Shown piece by piece: positions 40,201 to 47,872 of a DNA stretch of 64,000 bases. Location: the NCBI GenBank assembly GCA_002633005.1, contig NMRA01000280.1:16080-80079 (forward strand). Direction: 5' to 3'. A model generated the notes under the pieces. It was not told the DNA's origin. It did no database searches and saw only the letters and a program-made list of their open reading frames with translations. Each line of letters begins with the position of its first letter. Within the stretch, counting starts at the first letter, position 1. The position numbers and the translations under genes were made by a program. Origin of the DNA: Phoronis australis. Lineage: Eukaryota; Animalia; Phoronida.

Positions 40201-43200
40201 TTTTAGTATTTTAATACCAGGAAACCGAATTTCATAAAAAAATTTGCTCCTGCGAAGCTGTCATCATCTCCGGACAAAATTTGTTGCAAAATTTTAGAAA
40301 TAGCGTGTATTGAGCGTACTGTTTTCTTTGTTACAAAAGGCTGAGAATTATGAAATAAAATAATGTTTACAAGACTGTTGTTCACTTAAACGGCTCCAGC
40401 GGGCAAGGTGAGTGTCGGTTGACACCCAGATAATTGCACGCTCCCCTGCCGGTTTATAGCTCTACATGTTGGCGGGGTTAAAGTCGAAGGCAACCTTTTT
40501 TCATGTCATTTTTAGCAAAAATAAGGTTCGTTGATTATACCAGACATATTTTTCACTTATGTACTGCTTTTCGTAATTCAATTAATTGCTCGTCGTCTAC
40601 TCCGGAAGTGACGTTTTTGGGAGGCAAGAATTTCGCGCCAATTTCTTTTCATGTAGTCTGACTGTGAGAGCAGTCGAGTCAGTCATTGTTCTACCTCGGT
40701 TGTGATAAGTTCGGTGGTCGTTTGCTTTTGCTTACCAGTCAGTCAACATGCCACGCTCTTGCTGCGTACTGGGGTGTACTCATTATCGTCTCACGTACGA
40801 GAGGAAGAACTGTCCCACTTGCCCGTGTGTCCCGCGACACACTCCCACTGGAGGGTGATCTGAGCACCCAAACTGCTTACATCCCGCCGTTTGACTCCCT
40901 CGCCACACACCTGGCACCTTCCAAATAGCTCCAATACAAGTCCACAATAAATCAAACTTAGGCTCATCGATCTATTCATTGTATGGCGAACTGTCCTCTT
41001 CACTGGGTGTCGAACTGGGCCTGTACACACTCCCACTACTCAACATCGCTGCAGGGCTGCTTACAGGCTCTGGGCTAGAGACAAAAGCACAGGGCAAATC
41101 ACTGCTAGTTCCTGGAATTGCACGCAGTGGGGTACGTTCGGAGGCACGGGTGACGGAAGATGAAGCGCCTCCAGTCACTGTATATAGTGGCTACAGCTCG
41201 CGGGGCTTCTCGCTTCAAAAACGCACTTCTCGGGGTTGGCGACGGGGCCCTACCGGGAATCAACAGCGACGGTATGGTACCCTTCTTCAGGCGTTGTTTC
41301 GCAGGGATCTTCATCACTGAATTCAGCGTACATATCTCTGTCATAATCCGACGGAAGAAAATGCTTGCCACACACTCGGTAACCCTCCACTGGTTTGTAC
41401 GTTGCGTGGACGGGTAGCGCTGCGTTCTTCACATGAACGAGCTAGCCAAGTACGGTGAAGTGTGTCATCCTTCGGAAAGCGACGCAAGGTACCCAAAGCG
41501 CGTGTGAGACGATAATGAGTACATCCGGCACTTAGCAACAACGTGGCATGTTGACTGACTTGTAAGCAAAAGGAAACGACGACCGAACTTATCACAACCG
41601 AGGTAGAACAATGGCTGACTCGACAGCTCTCACAGTCAGACTATAATGAAAAGAAATTGGCGCGAAACTCTTGGCTCCCAAAACGTCACTTCCGGAGTAG
41701 AGGGCGAGAATTTAATCAAATTACGAAAAGCTGTAATTAAGAGAAAAATGTGTCTGGGATAATCAACGAACCTTATTTTTGCTAAAAGTGACACGAAAAA
41801 AGGTTGCCTTCGCCTTTAAAGTTTCGCAATGAGGTGATGAACAAAACTACCCGGGCTATGTTCAGAGTCTAACGGAGCTCAACACACACTGCTACTGGTA
41901 CCTAGTTGGGTTTTGAAGATAGTCTTCATGCAGCTTGCTGGCTGGTTAGGCCCCGCGATAAATCAAAGTCACAGGAAAGAAAAACGAAAAACGTTGTGAG
42001 TATGCACATGTTGATCTGTCGACTGGACTACGTATTTGCACGGGTAGTGACCTACATCTCTTTTTGCTGTACAGCCTCAGTGACGTCACGAAAAAACAGC
42101 GCTTGCAGTGGGGCTTTACGGAACTAATAAATTTTTACTTTTCAAAGTAAAAAAGAAAAATACTGTGCACTATTTAGGAATGTGTGGATGCCAGTAACCA
42201 ACCTTTATACTTTCAAAATTCATATTAAAATGCTGAAACACTGTAGTTCAGGCCTTTCTTAAAGGGATGAGATGGTCCTTTTTGTAGCTTTGTTGTTCGC
42301 GGTGCACCAAGTGAGCGCATGTCAGTGGTTTGCATTGCTCAGTGTTCGATTCTTGTATTGATCGAGTGTTTCACTCGTTTCAGCTGTTCCAAAAATATGA
42401 TGATCAGACCTTTAGTGAAGTATCTTTCATCAGTGAGCTGGGGCAATCAGTGTTCCTGGCAGACCATGTGTTGGCTATGGTGAAGGCAATTGCACAACAG
42501 GACCGTCAATCTCTAAAACCATGGATGAATAGCACAGTGTGGCGTCAGAAATTGGATGCAGTGCAAGATAAAATAAGAATCGTGTTTAATGACAATGAAC
42601 AGTAAGTAGCTTGCGATGCCAGAATTATCTGGTAGAGAAATTGGGGTGTTCTTGAGTAAATGAACAAGGCATTCTTGAAGATCAACTATTAAATCTAGCT
42701 CTATTGTCTTAAAATGGTGACAGTTTCATACTTTATCTATTAAGCTGATTCAACATCAATTAAAATTTTGGAGCTCAACCTACACTGATTTAAATGCCAA
42801 TTGAGGAATGTTAGTTCTTATTTTGTGTATAGCTTTTCTAGAAGTCACGACCATCTCCGTGTCAAATTTTGAGAACATTATGCAATTTATCTGAAAGAGG
42901 GCACTTGTTATCATTTTTTTCCTGGAAATTTCCAAAGGTGCTCTTTCGCAAACCTCTGTTATAAAATATCAATATTTTTGGTATGTTTTTAAGGTGGAGG
43001 AAGAAGTGTACATTCTGTGCGTTCTTAAAAGTGCCAATGATTGTGTACGGTTCCCAACATTATGTTGACACGTGGTTAGTCACCATAATTATAGCGCCAT
43101 TACAACGGTTCATAGCTAGAGGACTGTCAAAATATAAGTTGGTCATTCGTCAACAGAAGTGTTGTCGAACTTCTGTTGTAGTACCCACGCTGTCGACAAA

Positions 43201-46200
43201 GTAAAAGCCTGTGGCTCTGTGAAGGCGCTTTGGCAGCAATTTAGGATTCTGGAAGCACCACAAATTCACACTACTTTTTTTCTAAAAAACACAGTAATTT
43301 CATCTGAACAGACGTTTCTGAAAGAGCACCCAGGGGGGAAATCCTTGGCACATGAACTTTGTCTTGTGCTAGCAGGTAGAATGTAAACAATCCCATGCGC
43401 TGCTCAAGTCTCGTTTCAGAGAGAATTCAGAATTCATGAGGTCTTAAGAAAGACCTATTGCACATTTGATGGACCCAGTGATTGTCAAGGAATAGCTTTT
43501 TGTCTACTCTAGATATATCTTTCTTGCAGTTCTCATTCATGATAGGCCTGTTCTGGATTCAACTCTCCTCTTCCACGGAGGTTGAAAAAAATGCATTACA
43601 TGGCTTAATTAAAAATGGAAGAACGTTAAATTGTGCATCAAAATTTTATATTTTCGTTTTTGCATATTTGTTGCTTTCAGCATTGCAACAATTACTGTAA
43701 ATGCAATAATAAAAGTTTGTTTGGATGACAATGATGAATTACAGTAACTAAGATATGAAATAGTGGCTAGTACAGGTAAAGAACCAAGACTAGTGTGTGA
43801 CTCGTGTTGCATTATGGGTAATTACCTCATAGTAGGAACGGTGCTGTGCTATTTCAGGACAGGCCCAGTGAGGTGGAAACAGGTTCTAGAGATTCACTCT
43901 CTGAGCAACTCCCAGCGTAGTTAAAAGCCGTTGCTGTTGTTAATTTCTAGGACGTATTGACCTTTAGAATCACTGTGTCAAAGACCAATGTTGGTTTCAC
44001 AAATCGTTTTTTGTGTATTATTTTGTCTTTCTCAGTTCACCTTGCAAGAAATATGTGTGGGGTCATCTGTTTATTCTGGCATAAATGACATTGACATTCT
44101 AGGTCTCTGGACAGCGTCTATCGGTATGTAGAATCAAGCTTGCCTGTGATCCGTTGGAAAATGCTGAACAGTGTGACGGTAGCACTTTCTGCTGCGGCCA
44201 GACATGTAGATGTGTTTGTCATTGACGATGTCCTCAAGCCTTTGGATGACTTAATTCAGGGTAGGTAAATTCTTGCTGTTGTTGCTTTTTAGTTTACGGA
44301 TGATTAAAGCATTGTTAATGTGTTGATAGTTACATGTATAATGGCTCACTGAAGGCAAAACTGCCAGGTGAGATATAAGCCCAAAGTGATCCAGCCGTCA
44401 TCTTATGCAGTTTTTACGTCGAGGTACCATAATCAAAACAATGACAGGTCATCACAATTCAAATACATATCCCAGGACCCTATCAGTGTGGCATATATGC
44501 ACGCAGATGGAATTGTCTCTTGTGCATTGGCATGTCTTAATTTTGGTCTTTTTTCCCTTCTTAGTATGCATCAATCATTTTGTGAGGTCAGTTGCGAAGG
44601 CTATTTGAGTTTGGGAGCTTTGCTTTCCCAAAGATCTAAACTCCACAATTCAGGGTAGTTATGGCGCCAGTGGGAAAGCAACATCAGTCACATTCTGGGA
44701 TCTGTTTCATGGAAAGCGACTTACGTGGAAAATTTGGTCTCATGCTTCCACGTTGCCATAGTTACTGACTAAAGGTTTAGCCATGTAAGGATTAGCACGT
44801 CACAGCTTAGTAGGAAATTAAATTAGTATACAAATTATCTCTGTCAGTAACTTCTACCAGTTATAAGTATATTCTTGAATACTTTTTATGCGCCCACATA
44901 TTTATATGTGGACGCATTATTGCGTCATGTCCGTCTGTCCGCCGTCCGACGTCCGCTGCTCTATCTCCAAAACCCACAACGTACGTTCATGAAATTTTGC
45001 ACATGCGTTTCTATCATGGATGGGAAGGCATGAGCGAACTTTCGGACGGATCCGACTCTCGGTGTGCCCCCTAGCGGCAACTCTAGTATTTTACGCTTCC
45101 CCTCTATATCTTCAAAGGTCCTCAACGTATTGTCATAAAATTTGGCATATAGGCATCTATTAGTGAGATGACGCTATCCTCCTGTTTTCGGGTGGGATTC
45201 GAATAAATTGCGCCACCTAGGGGCCATTTTTGCTGTTTTCGAGTCTGTTTTTGGCGTCCACCCCTCTATAAACCAAACTGCTCTGAGGATGATTGTGGAA
45301 ATTGGCATGTATGTTTTTACTATGAAGAGGACGGCTGACTATGATTTTATGAAGATTTGGACTATTGTGGCGCCTAATAGTGGCAGTTTTTTTTTCGCTC
45401 GCCATAGCTGTGTCTCCTAAACCGTTGGCAAGATCTTTACTAAATTTTGGAATTGTATATGATGTTGACAATGGATGATGACGACTTTTCGAGGCATCTG
45501 ATTACCGGTGTGCCCCTTTTGGCAATTTAATTTTTTTACGTTTACCTCTATCTTCAAAGGTCCTCAACATATTTTCATAAAATTTGTCATGTAGGCATCT
45601 GTTAGTGAGGTGACGCTATCCTCCTGTTTTTGGATGGATTTGACGTAGTTTGCGCCACCTAGTGGCCATTTTTACTGTTTTTAGTCTGTTTTTTTGGCAT
45701 CCACCTCTCTATCAACCAAACCACTGTAAGGATGGTTTTAGAAATTGGCATGTATGCTGACGATGATTTTCCAACGACTTCGACTACTGTGGAGTCTCTT
45801 AGTGCCAGTTTTGTTTTTTTGTGCTCATGGCTGTGTCTCCTAAACCGTTTGCAGTATCTTTGCTAAATTTAGAAAGAGTGTCTTAATGATGTTTACAATG
45901 GATGACAACAACTTTCGGACGGATATGACTACCAGTGTTTCCCCTAGTGGCAATTTTCATTTTTAGGCTTACCTTTGTATCTTCGAAGGTCCTCAACGGA
46001 TTATCAGGAAGTTTGGAATATAGGAATTTTATTGCTGAGATGATGCTATCCTCCCGCTTTTAGATGCAATCGGCGTACTTTGCACCACCTAGTGGCCATT
46101 TTTCCTGTTTTCGAGTCTTGTTTTTTGGTGTCCACCCCTCGATCAACCAAACCATTCTGAGGATGATTTTGAAAATTGGCTTATATGTTCTCAGTGTCAA

Positions 46201-47872
46201 AAAGACAGTTGACGATAACGAATTCGACTACTGTGGTGCCTCCTAGTGTTAGTTTTTGTGTTTATCATTCATAGCTGCATCTCCTAAACTCACTGCAGGA
46301 TATTTATTAAATTTAGTAATTGTATTTTTATGAAGCTAACAACAGACGACGACGTCTGTCAGGCGGATCCAATGAACACTTTGCCACATGGTGGCAATTT
46401 TATTTTTTCTGTTTCCTTTGTTTCTCTGAAGTTCCTTCGCAGATTTTTACGAAATTTGATAAATAGCTTTCTATTAAAGAGGCGATGGCATGTTCCCATT
46501 TGCAGATGGATTGGACGTTTGTTCGCCATCAAGTGACTATTTCTATGAAACAAATAAACAACCCTAGAAGCGCTCCGTTTGCGTTCATGGACGCATTTAA
46601 ACGCTCTCCGTTGCTCTTGTTACGTTTGTTAAAGTAAATTTTAATTATTTTTTAGAAATAGTTATGTGGAACGTGAGGCCAAATTTCTGACTAATTCGTG
46701 AGTCACTTTTCATTAACTGACCCTAGGATGGGGGTTCGTCCTTATTGTAATCTGTCAACTATTGAGCTCACAATGTGGTGGACAAATTAATTTCTCTACA
46801 AAAATAAAGATTGCGACAATTTTAATCTATTGTTACCTTTTCTTTGCATTCTGTAGATGCCATTTAAGCAACATTTGCAGCTATGTAATTGGTCTTTGAA
46901 AAGTGAAAAATTTGGGAAATTGGCAATTTTGTTTGTTTTTGTGCGAAATAAGTGAAGTACTTAGGTTTAATTATTGTGCGACATAATTTTCTTTGGGTAC
47001 AAGAAAGTTTCATTTGTTCATTCTCTGTTGTAGGTATTCGAGAGTGTGAGAAAAAAGGTAAGAACTGAAGATGCTTGTCTTTTTCATAATTTTAAAAATA
47101 AGAAAAGAATTCTATGAGAGTCTGAGTATTATGATTAAGGGATCTCCGTGGGCAAAAATTCAAACGCGATTCAAACTACATATTGTGTTTGTACCCTAAT
47201 ATTCCTTTGTGCTACTTCCCAAAATATTCGCATCCGTTTGTGTCGCATGAAAATTTCATATCGTTTAAATTTGGTACTTGTTTTAAGTGCTATGTACATG
47301 TGCTTAATGATGTTGCACCACACAAATACATACGGCTGATAGCATCTCGTGCAACAATTGGCAATTGCCGAACCCTGCCGAAACATTTTAGCATTTTTAA
47401 CTTAAACCTTTTAACTGTAACGTTTTGAATTAATGCTCCTGTGAATCTGATTATGTATACACATTTTTATGGCACAAGTATATAACTTTGACTGTGAAAT
47501 ATTGTTTTGATAATTCATGTTTCCTTTTGCAAATACCTTCTGTTTAGTACATGTACCTATTCCAGACCAGACCTGGGTTTTCAAATGAAGAAATATCAAT
47601 CTGACCTTCCCATCAGCCGTTTGTCCAGCATGTTAATGTTGCTGGCTGTCACCTACGCTTACGACTGCCTCACGTACTCCTCTCTTCTTCGAATTTCTGT
47701 AGGTCTCAGTCAGGCAAGCATCATCGTTATCTCGACAGTGTGTGGTGCCATAGCTCTGCTCATTATCATCGTTATTGTGATCGTTGTACGCAAGAGATTG
47801 AACAAAGTTTCCAGCAGTTTCTTGAGCGAGGCAGCAGAAAACCCGACCTATGACAAGTATGAACGGTTCTAG
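256..47872 (+). CDS. Gene A: uncharacterised 872-aa single-pass type-I membrane protein (signal peptide, Cys-rich module, 3 helical repeats, TM, NPxY/YxxPhi tail); 16 exons
   Basis: Manually spliced exons: 256-313, 11685-11966, 13992-14119, 16680-16889, 18790-19001, 20134-20255, 20761-20900, 22430-22639, 25333-25562, 27989-28131, 35799-35929, 36446-36628, 42384-42601, 44103-44260, 47034-47057, 47703-47872. All introns are GT-AG, all phases match, and the total of 2619 nt gives 872 aa plus TAG with no internal stop. Extra exons in the 11-kb first intron cannot be excluded. Confidence 0.85.
1290..2076 (+). repeat. 393-bp near-identical direct duplication around a single N (probable assembly overlap artefact)
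   Basis: 1290-1682 and 1684-2076 differ by a few substitutions; N at 1683. Confidence 0.85.
2622..2674 (-). repeat. tRNA-derived (SINE-like) fragment
   Basis: - strand CTAGACCGGCAATCTAG stem-loop followed by B-box GGTTCGATTCC; no 5' half or acceptor stem. Confidence 0.45.
7327..10656 (+). mobile_element. Second copy of the same HINE family, interrupted by two insertions (about 7640-8930 and 9750-10045)
   Basis: Same 5' TATGTGGGCGCAT and (GTCC)n, same tandem unit, and 3' TGGGCGCAT-CAACGCTCCGCGTTG-CTCTTGTT. Confidence 0.7.
7680..8901. mobile_element. Insertion bounded by a 20-bp perfect inverted repeat, nested in a HINE copy
   Basis: AGCCAGCACGCAGGTATCAC (7680-7699) and GTGATACCTGCGTGCTGGCT (8882-8901); exact ends and TSD not resolved. 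Confidence 0.5.
11685..11966 (+). CDS. Gene A exon 2, Cys-rich module (10 Cys)
   Basis: Acceptor ttttgtag, donor CAG|GTAAGT, phase 1-1; DSRISCRNSFDCTYPAVC...CRC...C...C...CQC...PYCLHP. Confidence 0.85.
13992..14119 (+). CDS. Gene A exon 3 (repeat 1, exon a)
   Basis: tttcag|...AAG|GTATGC, phase 1-0; GYTDWFQHAVPQLGFVPEVVEKSPAVFESLQWTFLSVMKKGNK. Confidence 0.85.
14585..15530 (+). repeat. Diverged HINE-family fragment including the 3' end
   Basis: Similar unit motifs; ends GGGGCATATGAACGCTTTGTGTTGCTCTTG. Confidence 0.5.
16680..16889 (+). CDS. Gene A exon 4 (repeat 1, exon b)
   Basis: cacag|...ATG|GTAAGC, 210 nt, phase 0-0; VCEWISC...LQALVCK...VVRM. Confidence 0.85.
18461..18520 (+). repeat. 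18-bp tandem repeat GTGTACCTGTGCAATCAA, about 3 copies
   Basis: Read directly from the sequence. Confidence 0.9.
18790..19001 (+). CDS. Gene A exon 5 (repeat 1, exon c)
   Basis: catag|...CT|GTAAGT, phase 0-2. Confidence 0.85.
20134..20255 (+). CDS. Gene A exon 6 (repeat 1, exon d)
   Basis: ttgtag|...G|GTACAT, phase 2-1; HSGDLKAWLKSVGKC...MKKLL. Confidence 0.8.
20761..20900 (+). CDS. Gene A exon 7 (repeat 2, exon a)
   Basis: ccttcag|...CAG|GTAGGA, phase 1-0; EFTSIDDAIGTLKEKLPQTKKLLDMMDYSLTPAVVGTIELALRNPLQ (not in the ORF track). Confidence 0.85.
22096..22342 (+). repeat. 20-bp minisatellite GAACGACTACCTCTGGCGAT, about 12 copies
   Basis: Head-to-tail tandem copies with no spacers. Confidence 0.95.
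22430..22639 (+). CDS. Gene A exon 8 (repeat 2, exon b)
   Basis: ttgtag|...TGG|GTATGT, 210 nt, phase 0-0; ...KLCTDSS...DLFCRKLDYDALWKEL... Confidence 0.85.
22751..22840 (+). repeat. 18-bp minisatellite CACAAAATTTGTTGAACA, about 5 copies
   Basis: Read directly from the sequence. Confidence 0.9.
24035..25235 (-). mobile_element. Penelope-like retroelement remnant: ORF N-terminus on the - strand plus an inverted pseudo-LTR on the + strand ending in (TA)n
   Basis: - strand reads HLCRHYESLLYKLIKAKNSLLFNETCIKECLLPKYT...NLSDHQLTEGEHNFLSLG...AAKQLRDNDDIVIRKSDK...YKEKLNNIIAD...NP, the pre-RT region of Penelope-like elements; 24866-24941 is the inverted copy of 25160-25235. Confidence 0.8.
25233..25290. 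repeat. (TA)n microsatellite
   Basis: Read directly from the sequence. Confidence 0.95.
25333..25562 (+). CDS. Gene A exon 9 (repeat 2, exon c)
   Basis: tttcag|...AG|GTGTGT, phase 0-2; ...LPRWMRGTHWSK... Confidence 0.8.
26436..27963. mobile_element. Non-autonomous TIR element with subterminal repeat arrays (EnSpm/CACTA-like), 1528 bp
   Basis: TA|CCCGTGTGAGAATTT...AAATTCTCACCCGGG|TA; arrays of (AG)CGTGTCAAA at about 26450-26760 and mostly inverted at about 27740-27950. The superfamily is inferred from CCC..GGG termini, 2-bp TSD and the arrays. Confidence 0.7.
27989..28131 (+). CDS. Gene A exon 10 (repeat 2, exon d)
   Basis: ggccag|...G|GTGAGT, phase 2-1. Confidence 0.85.
29512..31211. mobile_element. 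Third Kolobok-type element (1700 bp), different family with short TIRs
   Basis: TTAA at 29508-29511 and 31212-31215; 15-bp TIR AGGACAATGCCACCC / GGGTGGCATTCTCCT (14/15 match); THAP remnant near the right end. Confidence 0.8.
30771..31058 (-). pseudogene. THAP domain remnant
   Basis: Frameshifted CIVPACPNY*AAKKAGISFFRLP followed by RKWFAVVKNERKAVHSKYEAVKHLRVCGRHFVDSNF; aligns with the THAP starting at 39451. Confidence 0.75.
31304..33067. mobile_element. Non-autonomous Tc1/mariner (Tc2/pogo-like) element, 1764 bp
   Basis: TA target duplication; 24-bp perfect TIR CCGTAAACGTTCGGGTTAACGCCC; subterminal GGGTGGGCGGTTAA repeats at both ends; no transposase seen. Confidence 0.8.
35799..35929 (+). 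CDS. Gene A exon 11 (repeat 3, exon a)
   Basis: tgccag|...GTG|GTATGT, phase 1-0; ...YDLPTVFEE... Confidence 0.85.
36446..36628 (+). CDS. Gene A exon 12 (repeat 3, exon b)
   Basis: ttccag|...CTG|GTAGGT, phase 0-0; ...DACDHSS...RLVCSLDTAKLEKEL... Confidence 0.85.
37896..37933 (+). promoter_or_regulatory. ETS-CRE composite plus E2F-like site inside the Kolobok TIR (mirrored in all four long TIR arms)
   Basis: CCGGAAGTGACGT at 37896-37908 and TTCCCGCCA at 37925-37933; the second element has CCGGAAGTGACGT plus TTTCGCGCCAA (40631-40641); the motifs lie 110-200 bp upstream of the inward-facing ATGs. Confidence 0.5.
38110..38421 (+). pseudogene. KolX-like accessory protein N-terminus (P2X7 C-terminal ballast / nanor-like Cys-rich domain), truncated at about 38385
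   Basis: Acidic N-terminus, YMFEPEY, then RRGDTSWCKCTVCVVMPTSIECLCCSE (WCxCxxC-MP-ECLCCxE); it then runs into antisense transposase sequence. Confidence 0.8.
38385..39451 (-). pseudogene. Kolobok THAP-DDE transposase, N-terminal part (309-aa ORF, then a frameshift and truncation)
   Basis: THAP C2CH motif (MPHCCCVPGC...HRFP...W...RVCGKHF...LKKDAIPSV), S/P-rich linker, KFIV...LELFRRCQVC...CVTGH..KW zinc ribbon. After a frameshift in the A8 run (38577-38584) it reads FFSKTTFNNIQNSYLIPVV...DSPGRSAKYTTYTLM, matching the Kolobok GDGRxDSPGHSAKY motif with GDGR deleted. Confidence 0.85.
40482..41815. mobile_element. Second Kolobok copy (1334 bp), symmetric derivative with two transposase-side ends
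   Basis: TTAA at 40478-40481 and 41816-41819; about 310-bp inverted repeats (40482-40795 and 41504-41815), each including the THAP start codon; the interior is a decayed copy of about 38690-39400. Confidence 0.88.
40796..41549 (-). pseudogene. Decayed THAP transposase fragment
   Basis: Fragments in several frames: KNAALPVHATYKPVEGYRVCGKHFLPSDY, KIPAKQRLKKGTIPS, LELFGRCQVCG...WECVAGHTGKWDS. Confidence 0.85.
42384..42601 (+). CDS. Gene A exon 13 (repeat 3, exon c)
   Basis: tttcag|...CA|GTAAGT, phase 0-2; ...LKPWMNSTVWRQ... Confidence 0.85.
44103..44260 (+). CDS. Gene A exon 14 (repeat 3, exon d)
   Basis: ttctag|...G|GTAGGT, phase 2-1; SLDSVYRYVESSLPVIRWKML...LDDLIQ (not in the ORF track). 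Confidence 0.8.
44883..46621 (+). mobile_element. Helentron-associated interspersed element (HINE / DINE-1 / pearl-like), apparently full length
   Basis: Starts in a T run; 5' ATGCGCCCACATA with an adjacent inverted copy TATGTGGACGCAT; (GTCC)-type microsatellite; about three tandem ~435-bp units; 3' ATGGACGCAT, short hairpin AACG-CTCTC-CGTT, then GCTCTTGTT. Confidence 0.75.
47034..47057 (+). CDS. Gene A exon 15, 24-nt microexon (GIRECEKK)
   Basis: Strong acceptor ttctctgttgtag and donor AAG|GTAAGA, phase 1-1, frame-preserving. Confidence 0.65.
47703..47872 (+). CDS. Gene A exon 16: TM helix and cytoplasmic tail
   Basis: ttctgtag|; IIVISTVCGAIALLIIIVIVIVV followed by RKR stop-transfer; tail ...ENPTYDKYERF*. 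Confidence 0.85.

Noticed and set aside
37515-42262. An older TTAA element enclosing both Kolobok copies (TTAAAAGGTTCCTGAA ... TTCAGGCCTTTCTTAA)
   Set aside because: The end similarity is too short and gapped to support without other copies
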